Positions 40,033 through 50,859 of a DNA stretch of 64,000 nt are shown here, one piece after another. Made by a program: the position numbers and the translations under genes. The stretch is taken from assembly GCA_034005865.1 (NCBI GenBank), contig JAVETW010000004.1:669-64668 (forward strand), read 5' to 3'. Numbering within the stretch: position 1 is the first letter of the stretch; every line of letters begins with the position of its first letter. The DNA is from Thiomicrospira sp. (GTDB lineage: Bacteria; Pseudomonadota; Gammaproteobacteria; Thiomicrospirales; Thiomicrospiraceae). The notes beneath the pieces are model-generated. The model was given only the letters and a program-made list of their open reading frames with translations, ran no database searches and was not told the origin of the DNA.

Positions 40033-40393
40033 TCTGCACCTGTTTTTTTTGTTCACCACAGAGACACGAAGACACGAAGGTTATAGAGAATTTACCGTCA
40101 TCGCGAGGCCAAAGGCCGTGGCGATCTCCAGAGATGGCTTCGCTACGTTCGCCATGACGACTGGCAATAGAGCCGTTTTTTACACCCAAAAACCTTCGTG
40201 TTCTTCGTGGTTCTATTAAAACAAAACCTTCGTGTCTCTGTGTCTCTGTGGTTGGGAACGCCGCGCTGCTTAGTGCGTCGGTTTCGGTCAGCGGCTTACC
40301 AAGTACAACTTGGTAACCAGATAACCTTCGTGTTCTTCGTATTCTTCGTGGTTCTATTAAAACAAAACCTTCGTGCCTCTGTGTCTCTGTGGT
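40033..40393. repeat. nested palindromic repeat block B, filling the thiO-thiS spacer
   Basis: About 190 bp are near-identical to block A (GTCATCGCGAGGCCAAAGGCCGTGGCGATCTCCAGAGATGGCTTCGCTACGTTCGCCATGACGACTGG...), plus a second CTTCGTG/CTCTGTGTCTCTGTGGTT arm. Confidence 0.85.
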
Positions 40394-41431
40394 TTAATCA
40401 AATCGCAATGCTTTTTCAATTATCGCGGGTGAAAATAAATAACCGTGGCGATACAGGCCATTGATTCGCGTCAAGCCGTCGAGCTGCTCAATGCGTGGTA
40501 AATTATCGCCCAGCGCTGGGCGGCAATTGGTCAGTTGATTGACAATGCGTGCTTCGGCAAACCCCGCATGAACGCTATACACCGCCGATAACAATTCCAA
40601 ACTGGAGCGCACCGACATCGGACTGCGGTCTTCACTTTCGATTTCACTTGCACCGATGACATAACGTCCATTGGCGCGTGGCACAATATAAAGGCGATAA
40701 CGCGGGTGCATTAAACGTACCGGACGTGTGAGTTTCACGTCGGGCGCATCCAGCCAAAACACTTCGCCACGCACGCCACGTAAATCTTTTATATCTGCTT
40801 TTGCGCCAAGTCCGCGACAATCAAATACCCAATCAAACGCTTGGCCATCAATTTGCCTAGATGACAGTTGCTTCACCTCGGTGGTTTCACGCCATTCAAC
40901 TAATGGATGATTTTTCAGCAGGCGTTCGCTTTGTTGAAAAAACTGAGTTGAATCGACTTGGCCTTCATTCGGCAACCACCAGGCCTGGTGGTGATGCGTC
41001 AATTCAGGTTCTAGCTCGGTTAAACGTGCATTGTTTAGCGGTTCAACTTGATAACCGCTTGGCAATTTATCCATCAACTGACGCATGAAATGTTGCAAGT
41101 CGGCACGGTCATGATGGTGCGCTAAAATCAAACTGCCGCGATGTTGAAAATCCACCGGACAAGCTTGTTGCGCCATCCAATCCACCAGGCCTGGCCACAG
41201 TTCAATCGAACGCACGCCAAGTCGAAACAACTCGGCATCCATCAGTTCCAACTCGGCAAAGGGCGCAAGCATGCCGGCGGCGGTATATCCGGCGGCATTG
41301 GGGGGTGTTTCGGCGCTATCTTTTTCATACAGCGTGACGTGAATGCCGCGCTGTATCAAATTCAACGCCAGCACGCGACCCACCAGGCCTGCCCCCGCGA
41401 TACCTACGGTTTTTAAGCCGTCCAGGGTCAT
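40394..41431 (-). CDS. thiO: FAD-dependent glycine oxidase
   Basis: VGIAGAGLVGRVLAL is a dinucleotide fold, within a DAO family protein sitting between thiC and thiS. Confidence 0.8.
   Translation of the reverse strand: MTLDGLKTVGIAGAGLVGRVLALNLIQRGIHVTLYEKDSAETPPNAAGYTAAGMLAPFAELELMDAELFRLGVRSIELWPGLVDWMAQQACPVDFQHRGSLILAHHHDRADLQHFMRQLMDKLPSGYQVEPLNNARLTELEPELTHHHQAWWLPNEGQVDSTQFFQQSERLLKNHPLVEWRETTEVKQLSSRQIDGQAFDWVFDCRGLGAKADIKDLRGVRGEVFWLDAPDVKLTRPVRLMHPRYRLYIVPRANGRYVIGASEIESEDRSPMSVRSSLELLSAVYSVHAGFAEARIVNQLTNCRPALGDNLPRIEQLDGLTRINGLYRHGYLFSPAIIEKALRFD
40975..40992. repeat. 18-bp perfect palindrome ACCACCAGGCCTGGTGGT inside thiO
   Basis: Read directly from the sequence. It encodes HHQAWW. 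Confidence 0.9.
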
Positions 41432-41434
41432 AAC

Positions 41435-43336
<1,902 letters not shown>

Positions 43337-43342
43337 TTATGG

Positions 43343-43512
43343 ATTCACCACAGAGACACGAAGCTTTTTAAAGCCCTCTCCCTGAGGGAGAGGGTTGGGT
43401 GAGGGTGAAATGTCAAACCTAACGCTCGATATCCACCCGCCCCCCCCTAGCCCCCTCCCATCAAGGGAGGGGGCGCGCAAAAATGCTATGTCTTGTGTCT
43501 CTGTGATTTAAA
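43343..43512. repeat. G/C-hairpin repeat copy B, nested inside a CACAGAGACAC inverted pair
   Basis: TTCACCACAGAGACACGAAGC [43366-43486 = reverse complement of 23922-24045] CTTGTGTCTCTGTGAT. Confidence 0.75.
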
Positions 43513-43671
43513 TTCAAAGGCAGAAAAACAGCGTGAAAAGTCGGTTGGGGCGTTTGAAAACAGGCGAGGGGGCGTTTATTTGCAACCACCAGGCCTGGTT
43601 ATTCAAACGCAGGCACCGGAAGCATTCAGAAGCGGCGGTTGGGTTAGAGATAAAGCACGCCGATTAAGATT

Positions 43672-43768
43672 GTTCTCTTCCCTACGCTGGTTCTAACCAG
43701 TTCAAGTTCAGCGGGTTCGGTCTGGCGACCATCTCAGCGTTCATAAATCGAACGCACCCCGAGAGATA
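43672..43768 (-). promoter_or_regulatory. TPP (THI-box) riboswitch aptamer
   Basis: The minus strand reads CTCTCGGGGTGCG...GCTGAGATGG...ACCCGCTGAACTTGAACTGGTTAGAACCAGCGTAGGGAAGAGA, matching the remembered THI-element core (GGGGTGC, CTGAGA, ACCC..TGAAC.TGA.CTGG.TAA.ACCAGCGTAGGGA). Confidence 0.85.
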
Positions 43769-43875
43769 AAAAGCAGGTTAAACAAGGCTGGGGTAAATGT
43801 CAAGTCGATGCTGGCGGGGCGGGGTACACCAAGGTGTTTGAGCGAATCCCCGTGCACAGTGAGCCGTGACTAAGG

Positions 43876-44679
43876 TTAAGCTCTGGGGCGGGGTTTAAAT
43901 CGTAAGATGACAAATATAAAGGTCGCACTGACCACTATCGCCGGACCGGAAGGAATATCCCAGTGATACGAGGCGAGTAGGCCGAGCAATACACTCATCG
44001 CACCGGTTACGAAGGTATAAGCCAGCATCTGTTCCGGCGTGTGCGCGAGTCGGCGCGCGGCAGCGGCCGGTAAAATCAGTAGCGAGGTAATAAGCAAAAT
44101 ACCGACAATTTTCATCGCTAGCGCAATCACCAGCGCCAGCAATAAGGTCATCGCCAGTTGTAGTTGCTTGACGGCCACGCCTTCTACACGCGCCAGTTCG
44201 CTATTAAGTGTGAGGTTCAACAGATCATGCCAATAGTGCTTGAAAAAGTACGCCACAACAACACTGAGCAAGCCAATCCAAATTAAATCTTGTTCATGCA
44301 GACTGAGGATGTCACCAAATAAATAGCCCATTAAGTCGAGCTGGATATTTCCCTGTAAACTTAGGACGACAAGGCCGAGTGCGAGACTGCCGTGGGCGAG
44401 GATGCCAAGCAGCGTGTCGGCAGCGAGCTGGGTGCTTTGGCGCAGATGGTGCAGACTGAACACCAGCATAAACGAGGTGGCGAGAATTGCCAGTGTCAGA
44501 TTTAGATCAAGCAAAAGCCCTAGACCAATGCCCAAGAGCGCGGAATGGGCCAGGGTTTCTCCAAAATACGCTTGGCGTTGCCAAACAACAAACACCCCTA
44601 GTGGCGCGGCTAACCAAGCGATTAACACACCACCCAGCAAGGCGAGTAGCATAAAGTCGGGCAGAAACAAGTCGGTCAT
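43876..44679 (-). CDS. znuB: zinc ABC transporter permease
   Basis: PLGVFVVWQRQAYFGETLAHSALLGIGLGLLLDLN closely resembles remembered E. coli ZnuB. Confidence 0.9.
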   Translation of the reverse strand: MTDLFLPDFMLLALLGGVLIAWLAAPLGVFVVWQRQAYFGETLAHSALLGIGLGLLLDLNLTLAILATSFMLVFSLHHLRQSTQLAADTLLGILAHGSLALGLVVLSLQGNIQLDLMGYLFGDILSLHEQDLIWIGLLSVVVAYFFKHYWHDLLNLTLNSELARVEGVAVKQLQLAMTLLLALVIALAMKIVGILLITSLLILPAAAARRLAHTPEQMLAYTFVTGAMSVLLGLLASYHWDIPSGPAIVVSATFIFVILRFKPRPRA

Positions 44680-44682
44680 GGT

Positions 44683-45411
44683 TTATCCGTGATTACAGTG
44701 GGTATGGTGGTGCTGGTAGAGGGCGTGCTCACTCAGTCCACCGGCGAATTGGTCGATAAAAATCGGATTGTTACGCAGGCTTTGCAGATCGCCTGAGCAA
44801 CAAATATGCTGGTTAAGGCACAGTACTTCATCGGTATGTTTCATCACCAGGTGCAGATCGTGGCTAATCATCAATACCGCGCATTGGCGTTTGAGTTGTT
44901 GCTGATGGATAAGTTGATATATTTCCGCTTGGCTTTTAAGGTCGATGCCTTGTACCGGCTCGTCGAGTACCAGCAGGTTGGGGGCGCGGATGAGCGCGCG
45001 CGCAAGCAGTACGCGCTGCATTTCGCCGCCGGAGAGTGATTGTACGGCTTGGCTGAGCAAGGGACGAACACCGAGTTCATCAGCGATGCGCTCGAGGCTT
45101 GTGGTATGATGTTCGCCCCGTTTTTGCCCCAGTTGCAAGAAGCGTTGCACGGTGAGTGGCAGGGTGGGGTCGATATGAATTTTTTGCGGCATAAAGCCAA
45201 TCACCAAGGTTTGGTGATGGATAACTTGCCCTTGCGTCGGTTTAATCAGTTTGAGTAGGATTTTAACGAGGGTGGACTTGCCTGCGCCGTTGGGGCCGAT
45301 GAGGGTGGTAATTTGATTGGCGTGCAGTTGTAGCGAAACGGATTGCAAAACGGGCTTGCCATCGAATTGGTGATAAATGTGGTTAGCGCTAATCAGCGGT
45401 AGATGTGTCAT
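44683..45411 (-). CDS. znuC: zinc ABC transporter ATP-binding protein
   Basis: It has Walker A (GPNGAGKST), LSGGEMQR and Walker B (LLVLDEP), and sits next to znuB and divergent from znuA. Confidence 0.9.
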   Translation of the reverse strand: MTHLPLISANHIYHQFDGKPVLQSVSLQLHANQITTLIGPNGAGKSTLVKILLKLIKPTQGQVIHHQTLVIGFMPQKIHIDPTLPLTVQRFLQLGQKRGEHHTTSLERIADELGVRPLLSQAVQSLSGGEMQRVLLARALIRAPNLLVLDEPVQGIDLKSQAEIYQLIHQQQLKRQCAVLMISHDLHLVMKHTDEVLCLNQHICCSGDLQSLRNNPIFIDQFAGGLSEHALYQHHHTHCNHG

Positions 45412-45441
45412 GGACGCTATTTTACAGGGAGTGGTAACAAA

Positions 45442-46353
45442 ATGCGAAAGGTCGGATTAATTTTTGTGCTGTTGTTAGTTTGGGGCGGGGGGCACGCGCA
45501 GGGTGTGAAGCTGGTGGTGTCGATTCCGCCGTTAGCGGCGATGGTTATGCCATTGCTAGGTGAGCAGGATGCGCTTGAGGTGTTGTTGACACCGGGGGCA
45601 TCACCGCACGGTTTTCAGCTCAAGCCAAGCCATGTGGCGGCGTTGCGCGATGCGAATTTGGTGGTAACGGTCGGTACCGGTGCCGACGCGTGGATGATGC
45701 AGGCGTTGCGTCATTATGAGGGCGCGCATCTGGCGATGGCTAAATTAGCAGGCCTGCAACTTTTGCCAAAGCGGGATGGTGGCGTGTGGTCTCACGCACA
45801 TCGCGCGAGTGCGCTCGCGACGACAAGCCCGGTGCTGAGTGATAAGCGTATGGATGGTCATATTTGGTTGGGCTTGGATAATGCACGTGCGTTGATTCGC
45901 GCTGTGAGTGCGCAGTTGCAGACATTGCGGCCGTTGCGGGCGGGGGAGTTTGCGGCGCGAGAGGCGGCGATCTTGGCGGCGTTAGCGGCGCGTGAAACCC
46001 ATTGGCGCGCACAGTTGCTGCCTTATCAAGCCGCGCGCTTTATTGTGATGCATGATGCGTATCAATATTTTGAGCGTTACCACGGTTTGCAGGCAGCAGG
46101 TACTATTCACGTTAATCCAGAATTGCCGCCGAGTGCGAAGCGTATCGAGGCGTTGCGCGATGAAATTGCTCAACGTCATGTGCAGTGTGTGTTTAAAGAG
46201 CCGCAATTTCCGCAGGCACGTTTGCAGGCGTTGGTGCGTGGGTTAGAGATTAATATTGGCGAGTTGGATCCGTTAGGTTTTGATGGACAGATTCAGCCGT
46301 ATCAGGTGTTTTATGACAAGCTGGTACAAGATTTTGTGGCGTGTTTTGAATAG
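45442..46353 (+). CDS. znuA: zinc ABC transporter periplasmic binding protein
   Basis: It has a signal peptide, SIPPLAAMV, SPHGFQLKPS and HDAYQYFE, which is the cluster-9 SBP pattern. Confidence 0.85.
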   Translation: MRKVGLIFVLLLVWGGGHAQGVKLVVSIPPLAAMVMPLLGEQDALEVLLTPGASPHGFQLKPSHVAALRDANLVVTVGTGADAWMMQALRHYEGAHLAMAKLAGLQLLPKRDGGVWSHAHRASALATTSPVLSDKRMDGHIWLGLDNARALIRAVSAQLQTLRPLRAGEFAAREAAILAALAARETHWRAQLLPYQAARFIVMHDAYQYFERYHGLQAAGTIHVNPELPPSAKRIEALRDEIAQRHVQCVFKEPQFPQARLQALVRGLEINIGELDPLGFDGQIQPYQVFYDKLVQDFVACFE

Positions 46354-46365
46354 TGGGTTGAGGTG

Positions 46366-47058
46366 ATGGCTAAAACGTGTGCGCAGGTAGTATTAGTTGG
46401 CTGGCCGGGTGCAGGTAAGGCCGAGTTGGCGAGCGAATTGGCGCAAGCAGGCTATGTTGTCCAAACTGGTCATGCGCTGGCTTGGCATGCCACACCGTTG
46501 CCGGTTTGGGCGTTAGTCGATTGTCGGCGCCGAATAACGGATCAGGCGGCGCTTCAGGCTTTATTTTTGGCCGGTGATGCGCTGGTATTGATGTATTGGC
46601 ATGAGGTGGCGTTGGACGACCAGACTTGGTGGTTACAGCAGTGCCGCCGTTTAGCGCCGAGTAAACCCTATGTATTAAAAGGGTTGGCGCCGCTCACTCA
46701 AGTACAACTCACGACATTATTATCCGCAGCTAAAACGGCACAAAACCCGCATTGGCCGGAAGTTGAAGTGTGGCAACTTCACTGGCCGCATCGGGTGGTG
46801 TTAGAGCACGCGATGTTTGTCGTTGATAGCGCGCGCCAGCAATTAAACGGTGCGTTGTGGCGGGTAACTTGGGTGTGCGATACCTTGGAGTATATTAATC
46901 CGGTGGTGATTGATATGACGCCAACCGGGTTTGAAACGCGTGCCGCCAAGGCGGATGAAAAAGTAGGCGATATTCGAATCGTTGGGGTGGGCGTGTGTCA
47001 GCCTGCACTGCAACAACAATTTGCAGACTGGTTTATGGCTTGCCGTGCGCCGGGTTAA
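46366..47058 (+). CDS. P-loop protein, degenerate COG0523/CobW-like (tentative)
   Basis: RBS GAGGTG. It has a Walker-A-like GWPGAGKA and a C-terminal part resembling CobW_C (WRVTWVCD...GDIRIVGVGV...LQQQFADWFMAC). There is no CxCC motif: DCRRR occupies the place where GCICC is expected. Confidence 0.45.
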   Translation: MAKTCAQVVLVGWPGAGKAELASELAQAGYVVQTGHALAWHATPLPVWALVDCRRRITDQAALQALFLAGDALVLMYWHEVALDDQTWWLQQCRRLAPSKPYVLKGLAPLTQVQLTTLLSAAKTAQNPHWPEVEVWQLHWPHRVVLEHAMFVVDSARQQLNGALWRVTWVCDTLEYINPVVIDMTPTGFETRAAKADEKVGDIRIVGVGVCQPALQQQFADWFMACRAPG

Positions 47059-47132
47059 TCCGGTTTTGCCCTAGACAAGTTTATAATATCCGACTAAAAT
47101 ACTAAGAATTGTTTTAACTCAAAGAATGTTCG

Positions 47133-48620
47133 ATGACACAACCGACACAATATCAAGAAATCAACGACTTACTGCTTAAAAATAAACACTATAAAGAAGG
47201 TTTTTTTACCAAAACGTTGGTAGAGACTTTCGATAAGGGATTGAACGAGGCGGTGGTACGTGCTATTTCGGCAAAAAAAAATGAACCGCAATGGATGCTG
47301 GATTTTCGCTTAAAAGCGTTTGCGCATTGGCAAAAAATGCGTGAACCGCACTGGGCTAAGGCGGAATATGCGCCGATCGATTATCAGGATTATAGTTATT
47401 ATTCTGCGCCCGAATGCAGCAGCTGTAATATAGTTTGCGATAAAGCGCCGGATGGTAAGGATCACTCTCAGCCGCTGATGGATCCGGAAGTGGCAAAAGC
47501 GTTTGCCAGCTTGGGTGTGCCGATTGATGATTCCGATAATGCCAATATCGCGGTCGATGCGATTTTCGACTCAGTATCGGTTTCGACCACCAAGCGCGAA
47601 GACCTGGCTAAGCTGGGCATTATTTTCTGTTCGTTTTCCGAAGCGGTGCAGGAATACCCAGAGTTGGTACAACAATATTTAGGTACGGTGGTGCCATATC
47701 ACGATAATTTCTTTGCCGCGCTGAATTCGGCGGTGGCGTCAGATGGTACGTTTGTGTATGTGCCGCCGAATGTGCGCTGCCCGATGGATTTATCGACTTA
47801 TTTTCGTATCAACGAAGCCAAAACCGGTCAGTTTGAACGTACGATTTTAATCGCCGACAAAGGCAGCTATGTTAGTTATTTAGAGGGCTGTTCGGCACCT
47901 GTACGCGATACCTACCAGCTTCACGCAGCGGTAGTTGAGGTGATTGTGCATGAGGATGCCGAGGTGAAGTATTCCACGGTGCAAAACTGGTATCCGGGCG
48001 ATGACGATTGTCAAGGCGGTATTTTGAATTTTGTAACCAAGCGCGGCGTTTGTGAGGGGGAAAACGCCAAACTGTCGTGGACACAAGCCGAAACTGGCTC
48101 GGCGATTACGTGGAAATATCCAAGCTGTATTTTGAAAGGCGATAATTCGATTGGTGAGTTTTATTCGGTGGCGTTGACAAATCGACGTCAGCAGGCTGAT
48201 ACCGGTACTAAAATGATTCACATCGGCAAGAACACCCGCAGCACGATTATCTCAAAAGGCTTGTCGGCGGGAAAAAGCGACAATACCTATCGCGGTATGG
48301 TAAAAATTCTGCCGTCAGCCGAAGGGGCGCGTAACTTCACTCAGTGCGATTCGATGTTGATTGGTGATCAGTGCGGTGCGCATACGTTCCCTTATATCGA
48401 AGTGGAAAACCCGAGCGCACAAATCGAGCATGAAGCGACCACTTCACGTATTGGTGAAGATCAGTTGTTTTATTGTCAGCAGCGCGGTATTAGCGAACAA
48501 GATGCGATTTCGATGATCGTGAACGGGTTTTGTAAGGAAGTATTTAAAGAGTTACCGCTTGAGTTCGCGCAAGAGGCAGAAGAATTATTGGCGATAAGCT
48601 TAGAGGGCTCGGTCGGCTAA
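47133..48620 (+). CDS. sufB: Fe-S cluster assembly scaffold SufB
   Basis: It is 495 aa with the conserved FERT and GCSAP stretches and YPSCILKGD, and is followed by sufC and sufD. Confidence 0.95.
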   Translation: MTQPTQYQEINDLLLKNKHYKEGFFTKTLVETFDKGLNEAVVRAISAKKNEPQWMLDFRLKAFAHWQKMREPHWAKAEYAPIDYQDYSYYSAPECSSCNIVCDKAPDGKDHSQPLMDPEVAKAFASLGVPIDDSDNANIAVDAIFDSVSVSTTKREDLAKLGIIFCSFSEAVQEYPELVQQYLGTVVPYHDNFFAALNSAVASDGTFVYVPPNVRCPMDLSTYFRINEAKTGQFERTILIADKGSYVSYLEGCSAPVRDTYQLHAAVVEVIVHEDAEVKYSTVQNWYPGDDDCQGGILNFVTKRGVCEGENAKLSWTQAETGSAITWKYPSCILKGDNSIGEFYSVALTNRRQQADTGTKMIHIGKNTRSTIISKGLSAGKSDNTYRGMVKILPSAEGARNFTQCDSMLIGDQCGAHTFPYIEVENPSAQIEHEATTSRIGEDQLFYCQQRGISEQDAISMIVNGFCKEVFKELPLEFAQEAEELLAISLEGSVG

Positions 48621-48729
48621 TCGAAGCTCGACTCTAACAGCGCTTTGGCGCAAGTTTGGAAAGTCAGAAACAGTTTTAATAGGTTCGTGGCTAATATGAT
48701 GTTTAACGTATAACAAAAGACGACATACT

Positions 48730-49488
48730 ATGTTATTAGATATTCAAAATCTGCAAGCCCAAGTCGAAGACATGGCGATTTTAAAAGGCATTAACTTGCA
48801 AGTTAATCCAGGTGAGGTTCATGCGATTATGGGGCCGAACGGGTCGGGTAAAAGCACCTTGTCGAGTGTATTGGCTGGGCGTGAAGACTATGAAGTGACC
48901 GGGGGGGCGGTGGACTATGACGGTGAAGATTTATTAGAAATGGATGCAGAAGAACGCGCGCGCAAAGGGGTGTTTTTGGCGTTTCAATATCCGGTGGAGA
49001 TTCCGGGGGTGTCGAACAAGTTGTTTTTACAAACTGCGTTAAACGCGGTTCGCCAAGCACGCGGCGAGGCGCCGTTGGATATGTTTGATTTTGACCAACT
49101 GGCGCTGGAAAAAATGAAAGCGTTAGAAATGTCACCGATGATGTTGGAGCGTTCGGTGAATGTCGGTTTTTCCGGTGGCGAGAAAAAACGCAATGATATT
49201 TTTCAAATGGCGATGTTAGAACCTAAGCTGTGTATTTTGGACGAAACGGATTCAGGCTTGGATATCGATGCGTTGCGTATTGTCGCCAATGGGGTGAATG
49301 CGTTGCGCGCGCCGCAGCGTAGCTTTATTGTGGTGACTCATTATCAGCGTTTGCTCGATTACATTAAACCGGATTTTGTTCACGTGTTATATAAGGGCCG
49401 CATTATTAAATCGGGTGGGTTTGAGTTGGCACAAGAATTAGAGGAGCGAGGGTATGACCACCTTATCCAAGCCTACCAAGAAGCCTAG
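48730..49488 (+). CDS. sufC: Fe-S cluster assembly ATPase SufC
   Basis: GPNGSGKSTL, FSGGEKKRN, ILDETDSGLDIDAL. Confidence 0.95.
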   Translation: MLLDIQNLQAQVEDMAILKGINLQVNPGEVHAIMGPNGSGKSTLSSVLAGREDYEVTGGAVDYDGEDLLEMDAEERARKGVFLAFQYPVEIPGVSNKLFLQTALNAVRQARGEAPLDMFDFDQLALEKMKALEMSPMMLERSVNVGFSGGEKKRNDIFQMAMLEPKLCILDETDSGLDIDALRIVANGVNALRAPQRSFIVVTHYQRLLDYIKPDFVHVLYKGRIIKSGGFELAQELEERGYDHLIQAYQEA

Positions 49489-50785
49489 CCCGCTGGCGCA
49501 AAGCGCCGTGGCATTTTATTTACAGCAAGCGCAGCCGTTAATCGATGCTTCGCGTGATTTGCCGTTAGGGGCCTTTCGTCAATCGGTAGCGGAGCGTTTT
49601 GCACAGCAGGGGTTTCCAACGCGCCGTGATGAGGATTGGAAATACACGCCGTTGAATGCGTTTTTGCAAACACATTATCGCTTGTCCGGCGTTGCAAGCA
49701 TTGACTTTGCTCAGGTTAAGCGTTTTTTGCCGCCGTTTGCGGTGATGCACTTGGTGTTTGTTGATGGTTATTTTAGCGAAACCTTTTCCGACGATTTAGG
49801 CGCACTGCCTGAGGGATTGACGATTGAATCAGTGAAGGATGCGCTGGATTTTGTTTCTGGTCATCAGGCGCTGATGTCACATGAGTCCCAAGTCGAGGCC
49901 GAACCATTCGGCTGCCTGAACAGTTTGATGTTTGATGACGGGGTGCTGATTCAGCTGGAGCAAAATTGTATTTTAGATCGGCCGGTATTGTGCACTTATT
50001 TACAGACCCAAAGCGAGCACGCGAACACGACACGTAATCGTATTGTGTTGGCCGAAGGCGCGCAAATGACGCTGATTGAGCAGTATGTTAGCTTGAGTGA
50101 TGAATTGAATGCGTTTAATAACGTGGTCAGTGAAGTCGAGTTAGCGCAATCGGCGCAGTTGGATCAGGTGGTATTGCAGGCGATTGCGCACTCAGGGATG
50201 CACTTTGGCTTGCAGTTTGTTGAACAAGCGACGCAATCGCGCTTTAGTTCGCATTATGTCGGTTTGGGCGCGGCGATTTCGCGTCATCAAAATACACTGT
50301 ATATGCGGGGTGAGCACGTTGAATCGGCGCAGTTTAGTGCTTGTTTGGCGCAAGGAAATCAGGTGATGGATACGCGCACCCATACCCAGCATCAGGCCTG
50401 CTGGGGCGTGAGTCGGCAGCTGCATAAGTTGGTGCTGGATGATCAGGCAACCGGTGTATTCAACGGTATGATTCACGTTGCACGCGGTGCGCAGAAAACC
50501 GATGGCTTGATGGATAATAAAAATCTATTGTTGTCGAAGCAAGCGCAAGTAGACAGTAAACCGCAATTAGAAATTTATGCCGATGATGTCAAGTGTTCGC
50601 ATGGGTCAGCATCTGGTCAAATCAGCGATGAGCAGATTTTTTATTTGCGCGCGCGCGGTATTGCTGAGCAGGATGCTCGTCGTTTAGTGACGCAGGCGTT
50701 CTTGCTTGAGCCGCTGGAGTCGATTAGTTCGGCGCCGGTGCGCGATTGGTTAGCAGGCAAGTTAGTTCAAAAACTCAATCGATAA
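49454..50785 (+). CDS. sufD: Fe-S cluster assembly protein SufD
   Basis: The C-terminal block is KPQLEIYADDVKCSHGSASGQI...FYLRARGI. It overlaps sufC by 35 nt if the ATG at 49454 is used. Confidence 0.85.
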   Translation: MTTLSKPTKKPSPLAQSAVAFYLQQAQPLIDASRDLPLGAFRQSVAERFAQQGFPTRRDEDWKYTPLNAFLQTHYRLSGVASIDFAQVKRFLPPFAVMHLVFVDGYFSETFSDDLGALPEGLTIESVKDALDFVSGHQALMSHESQVEAEPFGCLNSLMFDDGVLIQLEQNCILDRPVLCTYLQTQSEHANTTRNRIVLAEGAQMTLIEQYVSLSDELNAFNNVVSEVELAQSAQLDQVVLQAIAHSGMHFGLQFVEQATQSRFSSHYVGLGAAISRHQNTLYMRGEHVESAQFSACLAQGNQVMDTRTHTQHQACWGVSRQLHKLVLDDQATGVFNGMIHVARGAQKTDGLMDNKNLLLSKQAQVDSKPQLEIYADDVKCSHGSASGQISDEQIFYLRARGIAEQDARRLVTQAFLLEPLESISSAPVRDWLAGKLVQKLNR

Positions 50786-50794
50786 GCTTCACTT

Positions 50795-50856
50795 ATTACG
50801 AAGGATAGGTTTTAGTCCCAGTCCTTCGTGATCTTCGTGGTTTAAAAAACAGGATT
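50795..50856 (+). repeat. CACGAAG-module hairpin plus shared pre-ATG cassette
   Basis: TACGAAGGA...TCCTTCGTGATCTTCGTGGTTTAAAAAACAGGATTATT, followed by the sufS ATG. Confidence 0.6.
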
Positions 50857-50859
50857 ATT

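Noticed and set aside
39765-40392. Possible CRISPR-like array suggested by regularly spaced TTCGTG units
   Set aside because: The period is only 9 nt with no spacers, there are only 2-3 units per locus, the units sit inside inverted-repeat arms, and there are no cas genes.
39603-40464. ORFs 39603-39794, 39727-39933 and 40198-40464, and the similar ORF 23862-24083 (SPSGRGLGEGE)
   Set aside because: They lie wholly within palindromic repeat blocks, and their low-complexity translations (FVFFVFFVV, GRGLGEGE) are by-products of the repeats.
45380-45450. Expected Zur box in the 30-bp znuC/znuA divergent spacer
   Set aside because: I could not find an AT-rich palindrome resembling GAAATGTTATA.TATAACATTTC. 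I am not calling a site without a motif scan.
47059-47132. A promoter or IscR/SufR-type operator upstream of sufB (TATAAT at about 47084)
   Set aside because: A perfect -10 hexamer is present, but there is no convincing -35 at 16-18 nt and no dyad that I could match to an IscR type-2 site.
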